DNA of 64,000 nucleotides from Chlorokybus atmophyticus (Eukaryota > Plantae > Mesostigma and Chlorokybus algae). The notes below the pieces were generated by a model. That model ran no database searches. It saw only the letters and a list, made by a program, of their open reading frames with translations, and was not told the origin of the DNA. Positions 27,264 to 41,087 of this stretch are shown here, one piece after another (the first letter of the stretch is position 1; each line of letters begins with the position of its first letter). A program made the translations under genes and the position numbers. The stretch lies in contig RHPI01001116.1 in the NCBI GenBank assembly GCA_009103225.1, positions 825,267-889,266 of the forward strand, read 5' to 3'.

Positions 27264-28727
27264 TCACGACTCGTACTTTTTGGGTTCGAGTCCCGCTGGC
27301 GGCTGGACCTCCACCTTGCCTGTGCCAACTTCTTTCCAGTTGGTTGATAGCACAGTGCCACCCGACTCGCTCTGCAGCCAGTTTGAAAAGGGTGAGCTCA
27401 TGTAGCATGTTGGGATCACGCGCACACATTGCATAAATGGCACAGAATGCTACTTACAAACGACTTATTCATCGCGCGGCGCGTGTCTTCATCCGCATTG
27501 CGATAGATATCTTGAAACAGCTTGTTCAATGCGGCATCTCCCTCCAGCTTTTCATCCTTTTCCTGCAGAGAATGAGTTAAGGTTACAATCAGAACACATA
27601 ACCAATAGCCAGTGAAGCATACAGCTGCATTGCAAGGGTGTGCATGGAGGCAGGTATAACAAGACTACCCAAGCATTCGTGGACACTCAATCAGTCAGTC
27701 GGCTTACTTCGCGCTTGACCTCTGCTTCAAGCTGGTCCCAATCCAGAGGCTTCTTTGCATGGGATGTTGGGTACGTGCGGACGGGTGCAGCTTCTGCATG
27801 CATCAACATATGGTATGCTTGTGTTTATCATATATGGACGTGCGCATTACAACAAATACCATAAGCATGTACCGACACCGTTGCCAGAACATAGCAGCAT
27901 TGGCGCATGCAAGAGTGCGCCAACCTGTGGAGTAGTTTGCTGCAAGAGGCATGACATGCCCTGACTTGTGCTCTAATGTTGCCCACTGCAGCTGATCAGC
28001 CTTTTTCAGCCTCAGCTCCATCTTGGTGGCTCCCAAGGAAGTTTTGCACTCGTCTGGCACAATCTGCATGCAAAACAAACCATAAAGTCCTTTTACACGA
28101 CATTGTTGTTCCTCAACTGCACATGCATAGCATACAACCAGATAGTGTCCACTGCTGTGAGCCACTGAATTGTTGCCTACCTTGCCAAAGGTGTGAAGTC
28201 TCAGCTGGTAATTAGGCTCAATATTAACCTCCACCTGCCGCAATGGTGTTTGCCCTTCAGGTGTTGAACAAGAACAAATAGAAATAACACCCAACCGCCA
28301 AGCCGGTAACATTGCTACACCATGCAAACAATCAAGTGTACAATCTGCAATGCATGCTTCCACATGCGCCAATAAACCTCACCAACCTTCTCAGTGTCAA
28401 AATGCACAGCGACCTCGCTGGAAGTGACCCCTTTGGCGAAGATGGAAATGGTCACATGCGTCATGGTTTGATACCACTCATGCCTGCATGTTGTAAGTTC
28501 CGTCATCTTGGTTGCACGTTACGTACATGAGCTGAAGAAGTTTTGATAAATCACAATGTAATACAAACACACCTGAACCGTGGGATTACTGCGCCAAAGG
28601 ATTGCTGCTGAGAGTTCGCAAAAGAGGTGCTGGCAGGGCTCTGGGCGCTGGAAGCACTGTCAGCAGGCCTTGACGATGGCATTCCTCCTCCTCCAGCTTT
28701 AGCTCCAGCTGCTGAACCCTCCTCCAT
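27264..28727 (-). CDS. SGT1: SGT1 co-chaperone (CS and SGS domains, no TPR domain)
   Basis: [21 protein letters not shown] (CS domain), [16 protein letters not shown], and SGS domain [66 protein letters not shown] stop at 27264-27266. Confidence 0.95.
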
Positions 28728-28870
28728 GACGCCCTCTCAATGCCAAAGCCTCCCTCAGCCTCCCACCCCCGCCCCCACCCCACCCCACCGCCGCCGCCCC
28801 ACAAATGGTTTCACACTCACCTACCAAACCGCTGAAGCAAGCTCGACTCCAGGCCAACTCAGTTCAATCC

Positions 28871-28879
28871 AAACCCTAA
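28871..28879 (+). promoter_or_regulatory. Telo-box AAACCCTAA in the SGT1/GIF divergent region
   Basis: Exact AAACCCTAAT between the divergent ATGs at 28727 and 29139. Confidence 0.5.
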
Positions 28880-29138
28880 TTCAGTTTAAAAGTTTGCAAG
28901 CCATGAATTTCAAACTTTCAAGACTCACGTTGTCAGCAGTGAGCAATTGTGTGGCCATCATTAGGCGGCGGCGGCGGCGGCGGCGGCGCGGAACGGGGAG
29001 GGGGAGGACGGGGAGGGGAAGGGGCAGGGAGGGGGNCGGAGGGCAAGGAAGAAGGGAGGCGGGGAGGGAGGCGGTTCTTACTACAAGTTTTCATGTGGGT
29101 GTAGGGTGGTGGTGGCGTTTGTTTGTGAGGCGGTGCCA

Positions 29139-30269
29139 ATGCAGGCGGGGCTGCCGGGCGGGGCGACATACGCCCCGCCTGGCGTGGTGACGACGGAGGT
29201 GATCCAGAAGTACCTGGACGAGAACCAGCAGCTCATCATCGCCATACTAGACAACCAGAACCTTGGCAAACTCTCCGAATGCGCCCAGTAAGCTGTGCGG
29301 TGCAGCAAGAAGTTGCCGCCCCCGAGTAGTTATCTCACTCGCTCAGCCATGCTTAATTTGTTGTCCACAAGCCTATGGCCTAGTCTGGCCTTTGTTTGTG
29401 CAGTGCTCACACAGTACTCACCCAAAGTCTCTTTGTTGGTCGCGTTGTGCAGAGTGATGCTGAACGCGCCTCACCTTACCATTGTTTGGGGGCACGTTCC
29501 TGTCATGCAGAACATGCCGCACATTGCATGGCAAAGTTTTGTTTTTCACAAACGGCCTGGTCAGCCAGCGGACTACGAATCGTGCTTGCACTAGGGTTTG
29601 ACACTGTAGTATGCATACATTGGCACGGTGTGTTGCTGTCATGTCATGCTGAGCATCAATGATGACGACGGTTGTGAGGCTGCTCCATGAGAGGCTGTTA
29701 ACTTACAAAATAGGTGATGGTTTTGGAGGAACGAGAGTTGCATTCACTCTTTTGCAGTGCTGCTTTGAACTAGTCGTTATATTGACATGGTTGTACGCAT
29801 GTCAGGTGTTGTGTTAAAGTTGTGTGACTTACCTTGTCATCTCTTGCGCAGGTATCAGGCGCGGTTGCAGCAGAATCTGATGTACCTTGCGGCGATTGCG
29901 GACGCACAGCCACAAGCACCGCAGCCGCCTGCGCAGCAACAACAACATCAGCAACAACAACAGCCACAGCAGCAGCAGCAGCCACCACAGCAGCAGCAAC
30001 AAGCGCCACAGCACCAGCAGACGTCACAACAGCAGCAGTCTCAGCCGTCATCACAGCAGCCTTCGCAGCCGCAGCAACAACAGACGTCACAGGCGACACA
30101 ACAACAACAACAACAACAACAGCAGTCTGCTCAGCAGCAGCAGAAAGCTCAGCAATCACAACAGCAGACTTCTGCACAGCAACAGCAGGGTCAGTCCGCG
30201 CCCGCGCAGCAGCGACAGCCTTCACCTCAGCCACAACCGCAAGGCCAGCAGCTGAAGCGATACGACTGA
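29139..30269 (+). CDS. GIF: GRF-interacting factor / SS18 (SSXT domain) with poly-Q tail
   Basis: Exon 1 29139-29287 (VTTEVIQKYLDENQQLIIAILDNQNLGKLSECAQ) and exon 2 29852-30269 (YQARLQQNLMYLAAIADAQPQ followed by a Q-rich tail). Confidence 0.95.
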
Positions 30270-30412
30270 TTGCGTGGACGTTTTGGACACTCGAGTCGTG
30301 TTTGCCCACAAGGTATGGACATATCCGCTTGTTTGTGCATTACACTTCAATGCACCGGTCTGCTTTGGATGGCATCGCCTCTGCTGTGAGTCAATCCTAT
30401 CATGTTATGCAG

Positions 30413-30770
30413 GTTAGAGTTCGAGTGGGGTTGCTGATTGGAGGGGGTTATGTCTCTTCATTGTTGGATTGGGTGGCACAGTTCTCAGAGGCGAAAAAGT
30501 ATGAGAAGATTAGCGTTGGGGTTATGAGCCAGGCAGCCTCCTTAGGCTGAGCCAGGCTGGGATTGCACAACCCGCAGCAGCTCACCAAGGTGTTTTCCAA
30601 GGACAACGTTGCAGTTGAGTTGCATTTTGTGCAGCGGTCTTTCTTTACCGGTAAAGAGTTTGAGGGATAATGGGATAGTGGGAACACACTCGCATCCAAC
30701 GGATGTTCATGATGCCGAGCCTTGGCTGCCAGTCGTAAAGCATATCACAGTGAGCAGGTTCATTAGCTAT
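30413..30770 (+). pseudogene. Possible decayed ORF fragment downstream of GIF
   Basis: After an AG acceptor, one frame reads VRVRVGLLIGGGYVSSLLDWVAQFSEAKKYEK..SLG*ARLGLHNPQQLTKVFSKDNVAVELHFVQRSFFTGKEFEG*WDSG. It looks protein-like but carries stops. No family recognised. Confidence 0.25.
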
Positions 30771-32349
30771 TTCATTGCAGTGTCTGACTGACACTTCTTT
30801 CTGGATCATGTTGTCGTGCAAAAGTCTGTATGAGTGCTAAGCTTAAGGTACAAGCAAAATCAGAAGCCATTACCCTCCACTCAACACAGAACATAGTAGA
30901 CGCACATGAGCACCCCGTAGTGCTGGAATAGACAAGGACTGCGGTATGACCGACAGACTGGCATGCATGCATGTCCAGGTTATGTGTACATGAAGAAACC
31001 TGCACAAAGGCCTTGTGCACCGCATATGGAATGCCCTACGGGCATTTCGTCAAATAGCCGTAGCGTGCTTGCAGTAACATTGAGAAGTCATTGTGAACAG
31101 CTGTGAAGCTGCAGACGAGTGTTGATCAACATTGTGGCATACATGGAGAGCGGTGTCGTTGCTACCTCAGGGGCTACTTGGATTGCCTGCTTGTCTGCTT
31201 TTATTCAACCCTTTATACGCATTGTCCACACCATGCATGCTGCCACCGTACCATACCCCTTATATACACTTGCAATAAGATCTGATGCAAGCCATACATG
31301 ACGACATCCGTTGGGCCTTCATGGCGGATGCAAGCAGCCAACACGCAACCCTTGCGTCTGCACCTGTGAAGCGAGTCAGGTCAGTGTGATGGCACCTTGC
31401 ACGACCTCAGAAGCCAGAGCACGCGCATGAGATCAGATACAGGCGCACTGAGTCTCTAATCATTACCCAACGAATGACAGCTTCAGTCATTGTTATACCC
31501 ACCATATACACACAAATGGACATGATCTGGCTGCACTCGCTATCATCATACCTAGCAACACCATTGCATAACCACGCGCAACAAATGCGACAACACAGCA
31601 CATCACCATACATAACACGCCACATCCGCCTGGCACGCTCACAGTACTGCCATCATCGCCACGACCGCCGCCACCATCAGCGGTGCTGCCTGCAAGGACT
31701 GCAAGGACTCCTATCCGGACACGATCGCCACCACTGCTGCTCCGTGTACGCTCCAGCAACCCACACTTGTGCTCGTTGGAAGCGCGCATGCCACGCGCTT
31801 ATGCAACAGCGTGACGGAGCCAGTTGGGCAGCGCACGTGCAGCGCGTCGCGTGCACAGGCTTATCTGAGAGGCTGATGCAAAGCATGCAAAGCAACAAGC
31901 ATCGCAACACAGCAAAACACAAGCAGGGTAGGACTTTATTCCAGCAGGGGCATGCACGCTAGCTATGTGCCTACTGAGTGCATGCAAACGGGGTGAAGGG
32001 CAGGGCGGGGCAGAGCAGGGCAAGCGGACAAGGCCGTCAAGCACAAACCTGTAGCAACAGATGCTTGTGGTTAGCCCGGTACTTGTAGGACAGCAAAGGC
32101 AGCAACGCAGCAGCAAGGCAAGGCGGGTGGGAAGGCGGGTACTGTGCAGTGCAGTTGCTACTGCATCAGTGCTGCGGCACTGGGATTCGAAGGACCGGTC
32201 TTCGGCTGCTTGTGTGAGACCTCAGCCACGGCAATGTTAGACCCTGACTGTTAGACCGCAACGGCTCTCGTGGCATAGCATCACGACAATGCACACAACT
32301 AAATGGACTAGCAGCAGCACTAGTAGCACGCGGGGCAATGCGTGAACAT

Positions 32350-32383
<34 letters not shown>

Positions 32384-32997
32384 TGCAGGCACTACCACAC
32401 AGAATATGCACGTGTACACGGCTCAACACGCACATGTATCTGGTAGTGTGAGCGCACCTGCACTGAACCTCTTGTTAGTGGATGTGGCCTTGCTTACCGC
32501 AACACATACATCTTTGGTAACTGTGTGCTGCTTACGTGGTAGCTGGTTGTGCGTGATGTTGGAACCGTGGACTATGAAGTGCCCCTAGTAGTACATTTCA
32601 GCTTGTACTACTTGACAAGCACTTTCCTACTTACGTAGCATAATCAGTGCTACAGTGAGTGATACTGGCTGTGCGCAGACCAGCTGTGCGCAGCATTTGT
32701 TTCAAGTAACCTTGCGAGTGGAAACGATGCTGCAGCTACAACATAACAGCTAACGGGCTACAAACTGACAGCACAACTCGCAGATGACAGCACTTAGTTT
32801 TATTGTCAATGCGCAGCTAATCGACAACTTCACCTCGCACACTCAGCATGGATATCACTTGCATGTCACGAATACTATGCGTGGGCCTCAAAACCAGATA
32901 TTGACTCTCGTGCAAAAGTCATCCAGCAAGGTGCTCCGCATGATTATAAGACAATGGATGGAAGCAAAACCAAATAACCCAGCCTTGCATATCCGCC

Positions 32998-35057
32998 TCA
33001 AGTAGGCGCGGGGCCATTTGCAGCAGCCTTTTTCTCTTTGCCCTCCTTTTTCTTGCTTTCTTTCTTCGATGGTTGCTGCTGTGGCTGCTGTGGTTGTTGA
33101 CTCGCAGTTGAAGCACTCGAGTCAGGTGCTGAAGGCTTCGCTTGAGCAGAAGCAGCAGCAGCAGCTGGTTTGGCTGCTGGACTTGGCGCTTCCACAACGG
33201 GCTGCTTCAGCAAACAAAGACAGCAAACTTAGGAGGAGTATATTAAATTTATTTCAACCACATGAAGCTTGATTCGTTCACGCTATATGTATGTCATGCG
33301 GCGCATGTGTGACAATCGACATGACATGATAAGCCTTGGCAGCATTTGTTTGCCACGCACCGGCGGAGTAAATTTGGGTTTTGGGAAAGGAACTTGCAAG
33401 AACATGTCCGCTGTCTGCAGCGTGCTCTGCACACACACAAAAAATAAGTCCTTGAACTACGCAACTGTTGTAGATGTGAAGCAACGTGTGTGCTGCGTGT
33501 AAGTGAATTGGTCACAACTTGTGTCACCTGTACAAAGTCGAACCAGCGTGATAGGTTGCAAAGCCTTTGCTTATTCTCGGGTGACAATATAGCCTGCAAA
33601 CGAAGTCTTGAACATGGCATCACCAACACATGATAAGCCTACACATGCGTGCGTGCATGTGACACAACAACCCAACCTACCATGATGGGGTGTAGTGTGG
33701 CATATGCGAGGATGTCCGCGAGGGTGATGCCGGGCGGGGCAAGCGTAACACGCGAAAGCAAGTAAGCGTTCACGGCAGCGAGCTTGCCGCCCTCCTCTGC
33801 CGCCATCTTTGCACTTTTCAAGCGAGCAAACTCTGTGCAAAGACTCAACCACTGCGCTATCTGCGTCGCAGGACAACAAGGAGCATGTGTTGTGTGATAC
33901 ATACAGACACGAGTGTGCGTGTGTGCGCGCACAGGGCAAACGTGTTGAGGTGTGTTCGTGCATGTGTGTGGCACACGTCCACACACATGCATGCATACCG
34001 CAAATCCGCGTACCCATGCGCACGCGCGCATATGTAGCCATGCTCGCAAGGCAAGACTGCGTCACACACACGCACGCGCACGCGCACGCACACGCATGCC
34101 CATGCGCGCACGTCTGCAATTGGTACGTGCAAGCGCACACACACACGCACATGCAAAAGTATGCGCATACATACACGCACGAGCCAGCGTGCACACATCT
34201 TTTACCAACACATCATCTTCACAGGACAAGCTCATACCTCGGCAACACGGCTGGGTGAGTCCCCAAGCAGTTGCCTGGCGACATCCTCGCCGCTGTTGGC
34301 CACAATGGCGCGCGCGACAGTGCACACGCCTGTGATTTCAAAGCCGTCCGGGCTGGACAAAACAGGAGCGCCCTGAACAGATGTATAATCCTTTTGTTCG
34401 TGCATGCATCATTGGGTGTGTGTGACAGTGGGGTAGATGGAACCATGTGCAGATAGATAGGTATAACAAGCTGGTTAGGAGTAGTAAATGACTGGTTTAC
34501 TGCTGTGAACGAATAACGCGCCTATGACGAATTGGTTGAGACAACGATGAAATCGGACAATCACACAAGCAAACGATAGCTTGCAAGCAACATAGCTTGC
34601 TCCAATGGTGAAGCCTCGAGTTGTGGTTTTGTTTGATACGTGAGCAAAATTGCCGTACTACGTGCCTAAAAAGCACGCATACATACAACGGTACAGTGAC
34701 AATAATTGGCGTAGAACTAACCTGCTGTATGGTGAGGGACAGTGGTTGTGTCAGTAACACAAACTGCGGCACAGAGCTGTTGCAAATGGTGCAATGCCGC
34801 ACATACTACCACTAGTCAGCAACCACTGTAACTCTGTCATGCTCGTCTCTTAGGGCAGATTGCTGACTCACCGCAGGCTGTGCATTGGGCTCAACCCTCA
34901 AGCTGAACTTCGCCGAGGAGGACGAGGAGGTGGAGGAGGTGGAGGCGGCAGCAGAGGCGCAGTACTTAGCTACCAGCCTGACGGCACCGCTCGCCGCTAC
35001 GGCGCCCGCCGCCCCACTCTCATCCACCCGCAGGACGTACTCCGCCACATCCGCCAT
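32998..35057 (-). CDS. GST-C-like aminoacyl-tRNA synthetase complex cofactor (AIMP3/EEF1E1/Arc1p-N-like) with a Lys-rich tail
   Basis: Six exons: GAPVLSSPDG..GVCTVARAI..LLGDS..AEIAQWLS..LAAVNAYLLSRVTLA..ITLADILAYATLH..RLCNLSRWFDFVQ, then KKESKKKEGKEKKAAA. Ends at TGA with no OB-fold. Confidence 0.7.
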
Positions 35058-35234
35058 GTCCACAACCACCTCCGCCGCCGCCTCCTTAGCAGGAGGCTGC
35101 TAACACTGCTCCAGGCGGCGGCGGAGGCCTTGTCCTTGGCCTGGTCGTTGTCCTGCTTGACGGCGGCGGGCCGAGCAGGCAGGCAGGCAGGCAGGCAGCC
35201 AGGGGCGCAGCCGCCAGTGTACAGCAATACCGCT

Positions 35235-37203
<1,969 letters not shown>

Positions 37204-38139
37204 GGCCACAGATATGCAACGCCCAGCCTACATGTCCAAGGGCAAAGCAACAACGCGTGTTGTTTTGGTTGCACACTTAGAACTCCAGTTCACCACTGGT
37301 CATGGTGCAAGGACGGCGGGCCCATGCGCGGCTTTTATCAACACGGGATGTTAGCACAGTTGACTGCAGCACGTGCCTTGCTTCCTTGGCCTCATTGACA
37401 TCATATCATGACGCGGTCCATGAGTCGCTGCAAACCAATATTGCCTTGCTTACACCATAGGGTGGTTTGCGGCTTAGACTAAACTGTCATCAGCACTTCA
37501 AATGAAGCCACTTTCAACAATGTTGCAGTCAAGTTTGGGGATTACGTGGCTCCACTTCTTGTGATGCTGAGCCCATGTTTGCGTGTTGGCTGAGCTTGTG
37601 CATACATGCATGTCCTGCGTCATGCATACGCAAGCCGGATGGCATTGTGCTTGCTGTGAAATCGGATGGGAAGAAAAATACCATGTTGTACAAACGATGC
37701 GAAACGAAAATGCCTTTGTCATCTATATCTTCGCCAGCCTGGCATGTCGCCATATAGTAAAATGTTAGCCGCATCCTTGCTGCCTGTGCTGGTGGTAGTT
37801 TGCAGGTGGGTGCACATGTCACAGAGCTGCCATTGTACCATACCATTCACTTCACAACACACACTGAGTCACATGCACAGCATTGCATATTTTCTACACA
37901 AGCAAGCACTCCAAGCCGTGCTTATGAGCATGACAAGTGCAACAAAGCCGGTACAAGTTGGTGCTGATAGAGTGGTCTGCGTAAGCACGCACACACGCAC
38001 ACAACCATCAACCAGCGTGTGCATAATCCACCCAACAGGGTACTTGTTGACAGCGCAAGTCTTGACATGCGGTGACAGGACGTTGTCGAGGCTTGTATAA
38101 GCAGCAGGAAAGTAGCAGTCAAGCAAAAGCTCGCAGCCA

Positions 38140-40121
38140 CTACTGACTTTCCTGAACAGCCAGATCAACAAGCAACAGGCCTATCCTTTGCATGGCTGCA
38201 GGCAATGTATCCATGACCTGCACCAACATGTAACCAAGGCTCAAACAACTGCGTAAAGCAACACCTGTACACCATTGTACAAATGAGATCAGTATACCAC
38301 TCAAAAGAAGTACTTGCCTTGTCTCTCCCGTTGGTTTCAGCTAAGCAGACGCCAGCAGCATCAACGGCGGACACAAGTTGTCGTAACGGATTCTCTGCTT
38401 GCTGCGTTGATACATGGCGACAAAGTCAGAACACGCAGTGCATTGGCAATCCCTCACAAATAGCTACCTTGGGGTATTCTTTGTAGAATGCTAAAGCACC
38501 ATTCTGCGCAAGGGGAATGAAGCTAGCCGCACGTGCTCCCACACGCATGCCTGAGAAAAAGAGATAATAAGTACACAGTTGGACAAAAGGTCACAGCAAA
38601 GTTCATGTAATAACAACTACTGCACTTCAGCCACGCACCTGAGGTCAGATGAGTTACATGCAAGCCAAATAGATAAGCAATTAGCTTGGGGCAGGCGTCG
38701 ACAGCATCTTCTGTGGCAAGGTTGCTCACATACTGCCACAAGACATGGTGGCTGAGTCTTGCAAACAATGAGTGCACGTTGCATGAATGATGCGGAGTAG
38801 TAGTGCAATGCAAACCTTGGCAAAGGCATTGGTCTCAAGGGTTGGCTCCGGCAGTTGTCCGGAACCGGGCATCACTTTCACTGCTTTGATGTCTCTGCTC
38901 AAAGCCTACATCAAGTCAGATAGCAGAGAGCATCGTGGCTAGCAGTACAAACTTTACGCATGCAAGCACATAGCCTTTTGCAAAGGGCAGACTTACCTGC
39001 GATCTGCTCAGACTGGCTGCATGCTCTAGGAATGCGTGCAAGGGCCGGACTGCTGATGATGCGCCTTGCGAAGCCAGCGCATCCACAGCATGCTCCAGTG
39101 CCGAGTGCACTTCATACTACATGCACACTGCTAGTTTGTCAAGACAGCTTTGCCAGCATTCGGATGCTTCAAACACGTACCTGGTTGACAAGATATTGGA
39201 GGTAATTCTGCTGTCTAAAACTCCACTTCTCAAAGGGCGGCAACGGTCGCTGATTTGCTATTTGAAGCTCGCCCTGCAACGCAAGCATGCATGAGCAGCC
39301 ACTAAAGAACCACGATCGGCTATGTGCTCTGCATGTGCGTTGAAGTAACACCTGTGTTTCCAGCCGTTGTAAATGGCGCACAAGACTCTGGTAAAACGAT
39401 GCATGTTCTGCTTCGGGCGAGACATCCGCCTCGCCCTCAGTGAATCGCCGCACGCGAAGGTTTCCAATGTCATCCGGATCGCCGGAACCCCAATTGTCAA
39501 CCTGTGCATGTTGCCATCCACACACACCTTCAGCAGGAGTATGACTATTACGTGACTATTACGTGCTCTACATACTTAGACAATGCGCATGCATGCATAC
39601 TTGATGCACACCTGAACAACATCCAATCTTCCGCGTGCGGCTTCTTCCGGTCGGATTCGCAGACGCTGCTCGACAGCCTCTACTGCGCGTTGCACAGTAG
39701 GAGACTCTTGCTTCTGCATGACCAAAATGATACACAGTGTCACGTGTTATAAAACAGCACAGGCAATCGACTGCATTAGCACCTGCTGTTGTTGCCAAAT
39801 CGATATGAACATTGCATGGTTGTGTGAACGATAGCATATTGCAGCAGTGCAGTAGTATACGGGCATGGATGTACAGTGGTGGTACGTAAGCGAACTGCTG
39901 AAATACAGGTTGTAGTGCAACAGCAGCAGAAATAGCAGCTCGTACCAAGCCAACAAGTCCACAGCTGCCTCGTGTACATAACAAACCTGTGGTTTGGATA
40001 TGTCACCAGCAGCTTTCTGGTCCGGCTTTGGCTTCGGTTTGGCGCCAAATCCTGTGCCGCTGGCCAGTGTTGGAGCCCGCCAGGCGCAAGCTGTTGGTGC
40101 GAGGAGTGCATGTGCGGCCAT
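38140..40121 (-). CDS. Heme oxygenase-like (multi-helical) protein, probably plastid-targeted, probably non-catalytic
   Basis: Transit-like N-terminus with GFGAKPKPKP. KWSFRQQNYLQYLVNQLAVHSALE, LSRSQALSRDI, LIAYLFGLHVTHLTSGMRVG..GALAFYKEYP align to the HO1 motifs W.P..EGYL.FL, LEK...LAKDL and F.CHFYN.YFAH.AGG. Start and one middle exon are uncertain. Confidence 0.7.
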
Positions 40122-41087
40122 TTGCAACAATCACCTGTCCAGCTGCACAACACAGCATGGTTGACTACGTGTGCCTGCCAGCTGCTAGCCGCATGCAATA
40201 CAGGGGTTTTGAAGGCTGGGTGCACAGGCTGTTTACTGGCCGAGTGCACACGTCGGGGCACTTTCTTCAGATCAACTTGCATGTGGTGCACACATGCACG
40301 GTGATGTGCACGAAATGCACATTGTTTTAAGGTGCGAGATGTGGGCATGCCACCAAGTCAGAATGTGCGACCAGAGTGTGACCTATCGTGACGACATCAC
40401 AAACTGCGTTGCTCGTACGCAGCGGCAACACTGGACGAAGCAGCATGACATATCAGTCAAGTTGAGCACAGCACGCTTCAGCTCAATTATTACGCGTTCC
40501 AAGAACCGCGCAAAGCATTGTTTACTTGCCGAGTTGAACAAAACAGCAAGTCTCCTGCGCCTCGCTGTCCTCCTGATCCTCCGCCGTCGCCGCCGCCGCT
40601 ATACCCTACTGCAGGCAGTGCCCTAACAACAACCTTAACCTCTGCTTGAGGAGAGGTGAACTTCTTGATGTGCTTGATGATCAGCCTTGATCTTGCGTTA
40701 AGACACTGAATGCTCCGGTTTCCGGTTAGCTCAGCGAGTAACGAGCACTGCAAAGACCGTTAGCAAGAAGCAGGTGGAAGGCAATGCACTCTGGTAAGCA
40801 GCAGTTAGGGAGCGCAGTTTGCTAACGGCAGCCCTAAAGTAGCACAGCTAAACGCACGGCTTAACGCACAGCTTAGGCGTGGGCGGCGGTGTTGGCAGCG
40901 GTGTTGCTGGCGGCGGGGCTTGGGATGAGGCTACCGGTGCGTGTCCGTGTGGCTGTCTGTCTGCGCTGCCGCATAAATAGGTTTTTTGGGTTGAGCTGGA
41001 GCATAGGGTAGGTGGGGATGGTGGTCATGCTGCACCTCCACAACCTCTCCGCCGCTGCCCCTGCCGCCGTTGGTTGCCACGTGTTCT

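Noticed and set aside
27282-27293. GGTTCGAGTCC resembling a tRNA T-loop / B-box
   Set aside because: It is the antisense of the last SGT1 exon (GLEPKK), with no cloverleaf or A-box.
29770-30309. Antisense Ala/Val-rich ORFs over GIF, and similar antisense ORFs over SPHK and ATXR3 exons
   Set aside because: Shadow frames of GC-rich or poly-Q coding exons on the opposite strand.
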